A model generated the notes under the pieces. It saw only the letters and a program-made list of their open reading frames with translations, did no database searches and was not told the origin of the DNA. From Chara braunii (lineage: Eukaryota > Plantae > Charophyceae): a DNA stretch of 64,000 nt. This document shows, piece after piece, positions 1 to 11,647 of the stretch. Made by a program: the position numbers and the translations under genes. How positions within the stretch are numbered: position 1 is the stretch's first letter; each line of letters opens with the position of its first letter. Where the stretch lies: the NCBI GenBank assembly GCA_003427395.1, contig BFEA01000023.1:1579937-1643936 (forward strand). The letters run 5' to 3'.

Positions 1-1200
1 GACATATCCAACCACAAAAAGAGAGAATAGATGGCTAGTGTGTGTGTGATGTTTAAGTATATTGATAACCCCAGTTATCAGCTTCACACCAAGACATGGT
101 TTTCCCCAGGGACTAGACTCAACATTACCTCCCTAAGATGCGTTCCAACACTTCACAGTCAAGTGCACTCACAAGCAAAAGACACAGAGTGCCCACAACA
201 TAGATACTAAAGATACAACAGTTGGAGGGCACGGGGGAAGCGGGAGGGCAGACAACGTGCAAGCACACCAACAGGCAAAGTCCCAAAAGGATGCCAAGAC
301 CAGGCAGACAAGAAAAACATCAGAGCAAAGCAAGCAAAAGGACATCAAGGCATAGGCTGGAGGGCACAGGGGAGGCGGGAGGGCAGACAACATGCAAGGA
401 CACGAAACAGACACAAGCACACGAAAGCAGGTAAACCGAAAAAAATACAAGTCCCAAGTAAATTGGAAGACCGAAAAAAATAAACTGATGATGACAAGAT
501 TGTTTCGTTGGAGCTGCACCAACTCATCAGGAGGCTGAACCCTCGACAATCTGCGGAATCTCCGTATATGATGGTTTGGGTCATGAACCCTTTGACCCTT
601 GTTGAAGGCAGACTGTCCCCATGCGGAACATAGCAGCGGGCAGCAACCCTGCGGGGCACCAGGCAGCGCAGTAGAGGCAACACGGCTGCACAACGCCAAA
701 AACGACTGCAAGGAACGAGACGGCACACCGAACTCGCAGCACGGCACCCAAGCAGTGAATCACCCGGCAACACCACCAAGACAACCACACTGCAAGGGAC
801 GAGAGGGCAAGCGGACAAGCAGCAGAGCGACCATGCTGAGGAGCACAAGGCAACCCCAACACGCCCACCAAACTACAGGGCGCGCAAGCAAAGGACCCGG
901 AAGGCACAACCAGCGGATGGGCGGCAAGGCAGCGAAGCAGCGAAGCGCAAGGCAACACCACAACCCGGCCACACCACACAGCGAAGACAGCAGCATGCCA
1001 AGAACAACCTGCGAGGCAAGCGGAACGGGCAGCAAGGCAGTGGTGGAGCGCAGACGGGGTCGTCCACACATCCAACACGGAGCAAAGCAGCACATCACCT
1101 ACTCACACCATGGGTGAACCCCACAGACTGTTGGTTCCCACCACCCACTGAGCCAGGGAGACACTCTGACGAGCATCCGTCATCACCTACAGGCAACACA
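1..1200 (-). mobile_element. Longer non-coding member of the hammerhead element family
   Basis: Contains the hammerhead. GAGGGCA(C/T)GGGGGAGGC..GGGCAGACAA repeats are shared with 6105-6230 and (inverted) 2150-2195. The tail TGTGAAGCT..CTGGGGTT..ATATACT is shared with 2400-2440, which runs into (CA)n. Boundaries approximate. Confidence 0.5.
497..552 (-). ncRNA. Type III hammerhead ribozyme (GUC cleavage triplet)
   Basis: Minus strand reads AGATTGTC|GAGG-GTTCAG-CCTC-CTGATGA-GTTGG-TGCAGCT-CCAAC-GAA-ACAATCT: complete CUGAUGA/GAAA core, 4-bp stem I, 5-bp stem II, 7-bp stem III. Predicted cut between 545 and 544. Confidence 0.92.
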
Positions 1201-1523
1201 GACATCCCGAACCGAGCGCCCCCCCTAAGAGTGCAGTTGGCGTTCCAAACGAGGAACTACCGACTGTTTGGCACTACCTAAGGGTGCTCAGTTGGGCACA
1301 CACGAAAATACTTAAGAAAGAATTAGAGGGCAGAGGGAAGACAGACAATAGGAAAAGGACCGACAGACATAAAACTGANNNNNNNNNNNNNNNNNNNNNN
1401 NNNNNNNNNNNNNNNNNNNNNNNNNNNNNNNNNNNNNNNNNNNNNNNNNNNNNNNNNNNNNNNNNNNNNNNNNNNNNNNNNNNNNNNNNNNNNNNNNNNN
1501 NNNNNNNNNNNNNNNNNNNNNNN

Positions 1524-1574
<51 letters not shown>

Positions 1575-1740
1575 AGACAGACAGACAAAGATCAGGAATG
1601 AGACAACAGTTGTTGGTGCTATCCTTCCCTCAGCCTGAGTGAAGCGGAGTACAAAGGGGATGCAATGCAACCTCGATCCTGACCACGGCTCATTCATCTG
1701 TGATGTGCCCTTGTTGTGCTGAGAGTGTTGAATCTGGCAG

Positions 1741-1813
1741 GGACGTGCCATTTCTTATCCGCGCTATGGGGCTGAACCCGACTGAAAAGCAAGTACAATT
1801 CGCTATGAAGGAG
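1741..1813 (+). CDS. EFCAB2: DRC8/EFCAB2-like EF-hand protein, first visible internal exon ((R)DVPFLIRAMGLNPTEKQVQFAMKE)
   Basis: ggcag| acceptor at 1740, |gttggc donor at 1814. Peptide fits the calmodulin-family 'IRxLGxxPTExE' motif. Ends in phase 0, matching the next exon. The 5' exon(s) are not visible (gap or upstream of window). Confidence 0.8.
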
Positions 1814-2440
1814 GTTGGCCAATCATGTTAATACTACTGCTTATCCCCTTTTCTTGTGAAGGAGGACAGTCCCCTTTTCTTTCATCTTTTGGTTTTGAAA
1901 ATCCATCATAAAGGAAGGGATCTGTTTGCTTGCCCCCCCTTCCCCCTCCCTCCGCAATACAAACCAAGGTTGCGGTCTTTTTGTGGGGAGCAGCACGTAA
2001 GGAGGGAATTAATATGAGAAATAACTCATTGTTCCATCAATCAAACAAGCTGCTAGGCATTTTTGTTCATGCATGATATTATCTACCACATGATTTTTGT
2101 TTTTGCTGTGTTTCTTTGGTTTGCTGGTTTTCCCTTTGTTACCTTGTGCTGTCTGTCTGCCCACCCACCTCCCCCATGCCCTCCAGCCTTTGTCCCTTGT
2201 TGCTGCCGCCTCCTGCCCTTTCCCTTACTGTTGTTTGTCTGCCTTTCCTCTTGTTTCACCCTGTCTTTCCAACCGTCAAACTGTGTTCTCGCCATGAGGA
2301 CTTGGTCCGTTTGTACAAAGGCATCCTTGTTTGAATGCCGTCCCTGTGTTCTGCCGCTTCTAATCTTGCGATGAATTGTTTTGAAAAAGGTCGTTTGATC
2401 TGATGTGAAGCTTCACCGCTGGGGTTCTTATATATACTAA

Positions 2441-2513
<73 letters not shown>

Positions 2514-2824
2514 TTGAGAAGAGTCCCTCTGTTCTTGAACTATGCTTTCAGGTTCGTGCCTCTCTAGTTTGCCTCCATCTCTCTGCGCCTGACCCATGTG
2601 TGTAGGCACCTCACGTCATGCTTAAAGAGCACTCAGGGGTAGTCGTTTTCATCCTCATCCATGGGCCACTCGACACCCAGGGAGTTAATATGTATTTTGT
2701 ATCCATGCCTGTTTTTGTGGCATCATGCCTCGCTTGTGTGTGTGATTTGAGTGAGTGGTGTGCATGCATATGAAATATTATGAACGGATTCGATGGATGG
2801 ATGGATTTGAAGATGGGCTGGCAG

Positions 2825-2971
2825 GAAGATGCTAGCCAGACTAACCAGACTGCTGGAGCGAAGCAACACTTTCCAATTGAAAACTTCGAGAAGGCGATGT
2901 TAGAGGTGCTAACTCTGAAGCATCCTGAGTTCGTCCGGCCATCAGAGGAGACATTGCTCCGAGCCTTTCGG
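2825..2971 (+). CDS. EFCAB2: DRC8/EFCAB2-like exon (EDASQ...FEKAMLEVLTLKHPEFVRPSEETLLRAFR)
   Basis: tggcag| acceptor (alternative in-frame gaag| start at 2813), |gtcagt donor at 2972. 'FEKAM...PSEETLLRAF' resembles EFCAB2 'FEKF...PEDVLLRAF' as recalled. Confidence 0.85.
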
Positions 2972-3043
2972 GTCAGTGTAGAGAATCTTTAATCGCTTCT
3001 AAAGTTCTCGTTTTCCTTTTTGGAGACCATGTGCAGCCTAGTA

Positions 3044-3154
3044 CCGTCTTCACCCGAATAGAATGACCGGTCATTATTGGTGTATCTAGTAGACGGAAAG
3101 TTGCACGAGATACAGCTATTATATTGACTGGGCGTTCTATTCAGGTGAAGATGG
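3044..3154. mobile_element. Related pogo-like MITE, TA-flanked
   Basis: TA-CCGTCTTCACCCGAATAGAA ... TTCTATTCAGGTGAAGATGG-TA; a degenerate relative lies at 35023-35120. Confidence 0.75.
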
Positions 3155-3358
3155 TAGGTGGCCAGTCACTGCGAGCGTTCTAAACGGAAGAAGATGTGCC
3201 TAGCCGTCGTATCATTCTGTTCTCATTCTGTCTCAGCCTTTTTTTTTTTTTTTTTTGAACCGTGCTCCATCTATTGGTGGGGAGCAGCACCTGCTGGAAA
3301 ACGGATCCAGCGTCCGATATTCTGTCTCAGCCTTGGTCCGACACCATTGCCCTTTCAC

Positions 3359-3421
<63 letters not shown>

Positions 3422-4765
3422 CTAAAGCACCCCAAATTCTATCGCTCATTTCGGCGACAAATCATAACAAACCATCCATAACAAAAAAGTATAGATAGAC
3501 AATATAATAGAAAATGCAAGGTTGGCCACGTTCATGTGGTTCAGTGCCAAGTGCCCACACACCCGTCTGCTTCCACATATACTGTTTGACGATATAATAG
3601 ATATATACATATATTTTATTATTTCATAAAGACGATCAATAGAGTCTACAAGCTCCTCTTCAACAACTGGACCAAGCTGGATGATTCAATCCCGATGCGG
3701 TCAAGTAGCGAATTCCCGGACTTCTTCCCGCCCCCCGCAAACAGCCTGGTAGGAGTTTCTTGGCACGGGGGAGAGTGAAGGAAAAAGAAGGGCAGCAGAG
3801 GGGGTACAAGGGCAACGAGGGAACAGCCAGACTGCTGGGAACAGGTCTGGGTTCAAAAGTCTATACGCACAGATAACACATCTAAGGGGGAAGGGAGGAA
3901 CTAGGTAGTAGCAGTAGGTATCTGGCGCCGGTTTCAAGGTGAAGAGGCTCCCCCCTCCCCACTCTTTCAGGGTCTGTCACAAACACTGCCAAGGGTCCTC
4001 TATATCTGTTTGATCACGGTGTGAGTGCCAACTATTTTTTGAAGATCTAGTTTAAGGACCTGCACAGTCAATCCCCTGTATTTCAGAGTAATCAATGCTG
4101 CCACTGCCTGCCAGGAATTTTTTACTTAGCCTTTTTGGGATTCTCTGAATACAATCTGTATATGGGACGCTGGACCCGTTTTCCAGCAGGTGATGCTCCC
4201 CACCAATAGATGGAGCCTCTCCCCGGGTGGTAGTGGTGACTGCTCTTACCAGCACCACTACCACCGGAGGGGGGTTTAAAAAAATTAAAAAAAAAAATAA
4301 TAATAATAATAAAAAAAAAAATCATAATCAATAGAAGGGTGGAGGGCAAAAGGCAACTTACCTAAGACTGAGGACTCCACCAGCACGAAAGCACTAAGTT
4401 GCATAGGTCCGAAAAAACTTGGAAAGCCCTCCGGGTCGGCCCACAAAACCACAAACTTAGTTAAACAAACCCAACAGCATAACACAAAAGGATCCACTAA
4501 CAAAACTTGAAAAAAGCACCGACCACACATGCCAATGGTCTAAAAAAAATGTAGAGCCCTCTGCGACGGCCTACAACACCATGACAAATCAGAAATACAC
4601 CGCAGGACCTGTACACAACACCAGGAGTGCGATGAACCTCCCCCTGCTGCACAACCTGCCGAATCGGAAGATGTCCTAGTGCTACAGCGAGGCCACTGGG
4701 AGAACTATGCCAAAATCGACACGATCTCGGTGCAACACCAGGAGCGCTAACACCCTAGAAGGCAT

Positions 4766-4796
<31 letters not shown>

Positions 4797-5033
4797 GACA
4801 GAAAGAAGCTCCAGTCTATTCGTGGGGAGCAGCACGTGCTGGGAACCGGGCCCAGGCACCCCATTCTTCCATGTGCTCCAAAAGAGCGGCCCGCGGGAAT
4901 GACATCCACAGCAAACACTCTCTGACCCTCCTCGCAGAGATCTTGTGGCTCAAACCCCAAACTCCCACCCCAAAAAAACTCATGGCCACCCACAGACATT
5001 ACTTCATTGACAACACAGCCCATGCTGCAAAGC

Positions 5034-5071
5034 CTGTCTCTTATACACATCTAGATGTGTATAAGAGACAG
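5034..5071. other. Nextera mate-pair junction adapter (assembly artefact)
   Basis: Exact CTGTCTCTTATACACATCT-AGATGTGTATAAGAGACAG (back-to-back Tn5 mosaic ends). Confidence 0.98.
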
Positions 5072-5186
5072 GATATATATATATCGTCAAATAGAACTGC
5101 CCGGTAAACCGTAGGCAGAGAGGGAGAAGAGGACAACAAACGAGGGGCTATATATATATATCGTCAACAAACGAGGGGCTGTGACA

Positions 5187-5240
5187 AACTGTTTCGTCGG
5201 AGTTTCACCGACTCATCAGGAGGCTGAACCCTCAACAGTC
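5187..5240 (-). ncRNA. Type III hammerhead ribozyme (GUU triplet)
   Basis: GACTGTT|GAGG-GTTCAG-CCTC-CTGATGA-GTCGG-TGAAACT-CCGAC-GAA-ACAGTT; stems II and III covary relative to the 497-552 copy. Confidence 0.88.
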
Positions 5241-5427
5241 TGCAGAATCCCCTCACTGATTACACTGTAAATGATAATCTACCTTAACCAAAATCAAAGT
5301 AGACTATCACTCACCCACACCAGATGGAAAACTCTACAGACTGTCGGTTCACACCCCATCACAAGCCAGCAAAACATCCACGAAACAAAGAAAGGTCTGT
5401 CACAGCCAAAAAATACACTTATATATC

Positions 5428-5477
5428 CTGTTGAGGGTTCAGCCTCCTGATGAGTCGGTGAAACTCCGACGAAACAG
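5428..5477 (+). ncRNA. Type III hammerhead ribozyme (GUU triplet), sense to the DRC8 pre-mRNA
   Basis: CTGTT|GAGG-GTTCAG-CCTC-CTGATGA-GTCGG-TGAAACT-CCGAC-GAA-ACAG; 4-bp stem III. Confidence 0.85.
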
Positions 5478-8400
5478 TTTGTCACAGCCCCTCGTTTGTT
5501 GTCCTCTTCTCTCTCTCTGCCTACGGTTTTACTGGGCAGTTCTGTTTGTGACGATATATATATATAAAACAAACAAACAAAAAAAACATCCATCCACAGA
5601 GAAAGAGTAGCTCGCTAGTACGAGCCCGATCCTAAATGCTCACATCTGCCAAGTCAGAGTGCTAGCTAGACCGGAATGTGTGTTGTCAAAGCACCCCGAA
5701 TTCTCTCTCTCATTCCCTCCACAAATCATAACAAACCATCCATAGCAAGCAAGTATAGATAGACCATATAATAGAAAATGCAAAAAAAAAAATTAAAAAA
5801 ATGCAAGGTTGGCCACATTTGTGTGGTTCAGCGTGTCTGGTACAGGACTTCTGCAAGCATGCCGCGGCACGTTGCGTCGAGAGGCGTGCTTATAAACGAC
5901 ACATGAAAAGGAGCATGTAGCCAGGCACGCCGGTGAAAGGGATGCACCAAATGTCACGCTTGGAAACGCCATGAAGCGAAAAAAGAACCATAAGGGGAAA
6001 ACAAGCCAAAAGGCAGCAAGGCAAAAACAGCAAAGCAAAAAATCGGCAAGGCGAAAGGCAAGAAGCAACAAGGCATTGGATGGCAAGCAGGAGCAAAGAA
6101 CATGGGCTGGAGGGCATGGGGGAGGCAGGTGGGCAGACAAAATGCACTAGACAAGAAGGCACTGGATGGCCAACAGCAGCAGAGAACATAGGGTGGAGGG
6201 CATGGGGGAGCCGAGTGGGCAGACAAACAGCACTACGCTGAAAAGGAAAAGGCAACAAGCCAAGGAGCAGCGAGGCACAGAAACAAAATGAAGAGCGAGT
6301 ATAAAAAAAAACACAGTGAACAGTGGACGTGATGACCCTACAGAGGGAGGAGCAGCCTAGTAGTCAGGAACTGAACCAGGAGCAGGAGACCCAGGCAGGG
6401 GAGGACATCCTATCACCCAGATACAGAAAAAGGAGGAGACCTCCTTGGGAGAGCCCTTGGTACACTGCCCAGAACACTGCATAAGAGGGAACCAGATTTC
6501 CGTGGGCAACGATGCGCATCCCCTTTCCCAAGAGACAGATGAACCATTGGCAAGAGCTGGGCAGCGAAATGGAGAAGCCCCGCCGTCAGGAGAAGACCGG
6601 AATACGAATAGATTGGATCATTTGTTTAAAAAAAAAAAAAAAAAAAAAAAAAGAGAAGAAGATCGGAATAGCAACCCGGGACCAAAAAGGGGCAGATCGG
6701 CTAAGCCACAGCGGAGACGGAATAAGGGGGTTACCTCTGGACCATCGTCAGACGCAGTGAAGGAGATGGGGCACAAAGGGGCGGGTCCCTCCCGACGACC
6801 TAGGGGAGGAACCCCGTGAACCCCGTCATCGGCTGAAGCCAAAGAATCCACTAGGAATCACTTTGCCCAGTGCTCCACACTGTTGTGGGAACGATGCCGA
6901 TGGCAGTGGAAGACCGACAGGAACTGGGTAGGCAACTAGGGACCAAGCTCAACGTGCTGCAGCAGAGTGAGCAAGGGGATGAGCAGGACTCTTCGAGGAG
7001 CCAAGAGCGAGAAGACACGGGGGCGAGGGAATTGGTGGGGAAAGGATTAGGCGATGTCGGTCGTGGATTTGGGAACATGCATGGCTCCCGCAGTGCTAGG
7101 GACAGAGACAGAGGGTATGACAACGAGCCCTCCCTTCAAAGAAAAGAAAAGGAAAGGAGCAGGTGACCACTCTGGGTACGGGATCCAAAAGACGGTGTCC
7201 GGCTCGGATACAAACCTGCCAGCGTGTCCGCTCAAGCATTAACGCCTGGCGGGATGCCCGCTCATCCCAGTAACCAAGGAAGGGATTCTCCGCAGATCCC
7301 GATGGATCAGGAGGACGAAGCTGAGCGGCGTGACGAGGAGATGCACACACGGGGGGTGAACGGCAACACAACGGTGGTGAGACTAAGGATATCAGCGAAG
7401 AGGTTGTCCCAGCTATTTAAGTAGTGCTGACAAGGGCGCGGTGCGGCCGGGAGCGCCGCGCCCCTGTCGGTACGGCTCGGACGCCGGTACGTCTCGTACG
7501 GTGCGCTACGGAGGTGTTGGGCGACGTGGCAGGTGGCGGTGCGAGGCGCAGCGGCAAGGGGGAGTGGGATTGAGTGGCGTGAGGGAAGAGGTTCGAGCGG
7601 CGCGAGGGAAGAGGGTTGATAGTGATGGTCTGTCCTGTTGGGGCAGGGTTTTCGCAAAGTGGAAGGAACGTGTTGGTTGTGGCGACGAGAGAAACGGTGA
7701 GTTTGATTAGCGAGAGGGTGGAAACGGGGGTAGGGTGTGCATTGCGGTGAGGTGTGTGTCTCCCCCGAGATAGGGCTCCATGAGCACAGTTGGGAGGAAG
7801 AGTACAGCAAGCATGGCGAGGGTGGTGGTGCTTTGGACGATGACATCCCTCCATCTCTCCGGACTAACCTGCGAGGGGCGGCTGGCAGGTTCAGCGGTTT
7901 GGGCTCGCAACGTGGTGTGCCACGATCCATTTATCTTCATCGAGTGACTTTTGAAGATGGTCGAGTGAGTGTCGACCACAAGGTGGCCAGTCTTTGCTCG
8001 CAAAGTCGATGAAAGAGGAGGTGAGGTTTGGAGGGGGGAGGGGTGGATAACGAAGTGTGGGGACTTGGGGTACTCTTCCCCAGCTAGGCTTTGTTCTTCT
8101 AAGATGTGTTTCTTAGTTTTTTCTTTCTGTTTTTTTATTTGAGTCTGGTCCCTAATTCTGATTCTCAGAATTTGATTTCCATCTGCGAAATTGCATTCTC
8201 CTGGATATATCACCTAAATGATATCCTCATTTGATTTGTTAGAGCGAACCTTATCTTCGCGATTTTTTTCTAAAAGTCCTAGAACCTGATACAATTGCTA
8301 TTTTGGTTAACAAGCTCTTGATTCGTTGTCTGAGTGAGATTTTCCTTATTTGGATTTTCAAATTTTATCAAATCTCATCTTCAATCCCATCTTTGAAATT

Positions 8401-8739
8401 CGTGGCTGATGATCTCAACTATGTCAGGATTATTCTTGATCATAGACATTCGTGAGTCCAATATGGGACGTCTCAGTTGGATTTCTTGAATTTTCGATCT
8501 TAATGTTTCTTTCCAATAAGGCTGTTGTAGACAGATTTCCTAATTGTGGTTTTAATACCTATTTTTCAAGAGTAGTTTTCGCAGTTCTTCTCTATGTGAA
8601 TAAATCCCCATCTGCAAATCTTATTTCTTTGTCGTGATTGCAAATTAAAAAGGGGGGAGGTCGAATTAGGGGTAGGTGGAAGTGGGGGGATTCACTTAGA
8701 TGAGGGACCGGCGGTTTAACGAGGTAAGTCTTACCAGAA

Positions 8740-10110
8740 GGGTGGGGTGGGACGACGTTGGCCGGTGCTGGAGCATTCGCTCTGTGATCAGGGGGAGCTT
8801 GAGGCCACTGAAGTTATGTCGAGGGTGCAAGGCATAACCATCTCGCCCAACGTAGTTGTGGCTGGGGTGTGACCCTGTAACCTTTTGAGGGGCCATGCAG
8901 CTAAGAGAGATGTCCAGGGGGGAAGGCACTCTCTGTCCGTTAGAATCAGTTAGATCGGTACTGGGGTTGTTTGTGTTCCTTTGTAACCCTAACATGGGGG
9001 TATGGGATTTGACGAGTTCTGGTACGAGGACTGAAAGCTGGATCGGCGTGTCCTTCATCGGTGGTGAAGGTAAGAGTCAGATTGTTAGTGGCTGCCTCCT
9101 CTTGTTTTTTCAAATGGAGAGTGAAATCGGAAGCATGGTTGGGAAGAAATTTTGGGGGGGCTCATGCAGGAGGGGAAGGGTGGCTCAGGAGGGTAAGTCT
9201 ATTAGAAGGATGGGGTGGGGCGACAGTGGCCGGTGCTGGAGCAGTGCTCTGTGACCATGGGAGGAGCTTGAGGCCATTGGAGCTTGCCGAGGGTGGAAGG
9301 CATAACCACCTCTTTCAACGTAGCTGAATCTGGGGCAGTGACACTGTAACCCGGCAGGGGTTTGGCAGCTAAGGAAGTGTCGAGGGAGGAAGATGCTTCC
9401 TGTCCGTCAGAAAACAGTCAGTTCGGTGCTGGGGCAGCTTGTGTTGCCTTGTAACCCGAGCAAGGGGGGTGGGAGAACTGACGATTTCTGGTACAAGGAC
9501 TGAATGCTTGAGTGACGGTTTCTCGCCTGTAGTGTGGGTTGGGTTTGGATTGATGGTGGTTCAGCTCTGATTTTGTTTCTCTAATTTCCTTGTTTAATTT
9601 TTTGAAAAAAGAATAAGGGGAGTGGGAAAAGATGGTGGGTTATCACGCGTCCTTCCAGTGAGGGGGCTAGCTGGCAGGATGGGAGTATGGTATAGCAGCA
9701 ACTGAGATGGTGGATCCGCTGTAGTCAGTCTTGCCGGAGGGAGGTAAAGTGGATTGATGGGGAATTCTTCTGAGTCGCTTCTGAATCATGATGTTGTTAT
9801 AGATAGGTTTGAAGTAGCCCCGATTCTCTGAGCTAATGCCGGGTAATGGCCCCGGTATCTTAATTTTCAAAATTCCATCCTTAGGCCAATTGGATTTTTC
9901 AAGTAGGTTTTAGCCTCATTTCCATGAAATTTCCTGATGAGTTGTCTGAATGTACTCGTTATGGGACGCTGGGCCCGGTTCCCAGTTTGTGCCAAGTTGT
10001 GAGGATATGGTTGTATCTATGGGACGCTGGACCCGGTTTCCAGCAGGTGTTGCTCCCCACCAATAGATGGAGAGTTGTTTTTTTGTGAAAAAAAAGAAAA
10101 AAAAAGAAAA
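8740..10110 (+). mobile_element. Non-coding retroposon or long LINE 3'UTR: ~470-bp duplicated GC-rich module, GCCGGGTAATGGCCCCGGTA, tandem hairpin modules, A-tail
   Basis: 8750-9035 resembles 9220-9505; similar architecture at 51020-51990 (+) and in part at 42217-42720 (-). Confidence 0.55.
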
Positions 10111-11565
10111 GAAGGGGAAGTGCTTTGCATGCCCTCTGTTGTTTTGGTGGGCCCCATAGGAACTTAGGATATTGGTATTTAGGGAGGATTCTCGCTTCCT
10201 ATTTACCAGCTGGATATGGAGCACATTCGGACGGCGAAAGAGGTACGAGAAAAAATCAGGGATTGGGTCAAGCCTAGGTTCATGGTTGGTCTCCTTCCCC
10301 CGGCTTCAGATGCCAGACTGGAAGCTTAGGATTCATCTTGTGAGCCCTTCATTATCGTATTTTATTCCTTGGCGGCTAGATGCAGGAATAGTGCGACGAC
10401 TGATCCTGCGGCTAGATGCAGGAATAGTGCGACGACTGATCCAGCGGCCCCGGAGGCTGCTTGGGAAGCCTTCGCGAGAGTTTTCGGCCCAATTGCAGAG
10501 CCCGCTCAGTTCCCGCGCTGTGAATGGCCTCACAATGGAACAGTCAATACCACGCTTGAATGGCCGACTACCTCCGAACGCTAGGCTGGACGTTAAAACA
10601 CAATCTATAACTGATAGGCAACTGGGGTGCAAGGGGGGATGGGCAGGAGGTTCTCCCTGGCAGGAATCGGCCCTGTGGCTAACTGGTGCGTCGGTTACGG
10701 AACGCTAACCTTGCCCACTCAATATGAACTGGATAACTAACTATCCATGACGACAACACAAAAACCCTTAATCCAAGGCAACAATAGGCTGTGCTAGGGA
10801 CATGTCCCCCGGGTTGGGTCGGGGGCTGCCTTAGGTAAGACCTTGGTCAGGGTAGGACCAGTAGACACTGCCTGGGGTATGTTCGCTGTCTGACCAACTG
10901 AGGACTGGTGCTCATAAGGAAAGTGCATAGGACGATCATGTTTAGCGACCGAAGCGCCCCGTACGACAAGGCTCGTCCGATAGTGCTTCAACTAGAGCTG
11001 GGAGGGGTTGTCCTGGCCTAGCGCTGGCGCCTGCAATGCTGTCCAGTGTACCCGAGGTAAGGGTCAACAGTGTACCCCATAGATGGAGAAGCAGGGGTTA
11101 CGCTAAGGAAGAAGAACGTTGAGGTAGGAATGGGGTGGGTCCTGCGAGCACCCAAAAAAAAGAAGAAGAAGAAAAAAAGAAAAAAAAGAAAAAGAAAAGA
11201 AAAGAAGAGAAAAGAAAAGAAAAGAAACACTAGCTTGGTCCTTGTGTTAGCCGGGCCCCCACCGGCGGCCCCAACCCTGCACCCTAAACGCTAGGGCAAA
11301 GGGGCAAACATGCCATTACCTCTCTCCACCGAAAGAGGTAACCTCCCTTCACCGAAGTGAGGTAGAAAGCTATGCTTGCAGGGGTCCCCTGTATAGCCTT
11401 GGGAGTAGTGGTAGGTAGGTAGTGAGAAAAAGATATGTTCCATGACAATGACATGGCAGAACGCCAGTTAAAAGAAAGATATGTGAGGTGAGAGAAAAAA
11501 AAAAAATGGCGGCCCCCGATGAGGAGAAGGCATTTATTTCTATTTTTTTATTGTAAAATAAATAA

Positions 11566-11566
11566 A

Positions 11567-11600
<34 letters not shown>

Positions 11601-11647
11601 CCCCTGACAGTGTGCAAGAATGACATGCATAAACCGAGAAATGGTAC
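11566..11647 (+). pseudogene. U6: U6 snRNA retrocopy, 5'-truncated
   Basis: ATAAAATTGGAACGATACAGAGAAGATTAGCAT...CGAGAAATGGT matches plant U6, with an insertion and substitutions; A-rich sequence follows. Confidence 0.9.

Larger units (their letters stand above)
5072..5565. mobile_element. Non-autonomous hammerhead-bearing element; two ~140-170-bp arms in inverted orientation, each ending in GACGAT(AT)n
   Basis: 5072-5238 is the reverse complement of 5428-5565 apart from a short internal stutter. The spacer 5300-5380 resembles 1090-1160 of the longer copy. The left end abuts an adapter. Confidence 0.7.

Noticed and set aside
169-1117. Overlapping 170-190-aa ORFs on both strands
   Set aside because: The T-poor + strand reduces stop codons, there are no recognisable domains, and the region is part of the non-coding hammerhead element.
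5034-5071. Tn5/IS50 transposon ends
   Set aside because: They are the synthetic mosaic ends in the exact back-to-back Nextera junction arrangement, four identical copies, with no transposase.
9930-9960. Additional CTGATGAG hammerhead core
   Set aside because: No stem II followed by GAAA and no stem I or III.
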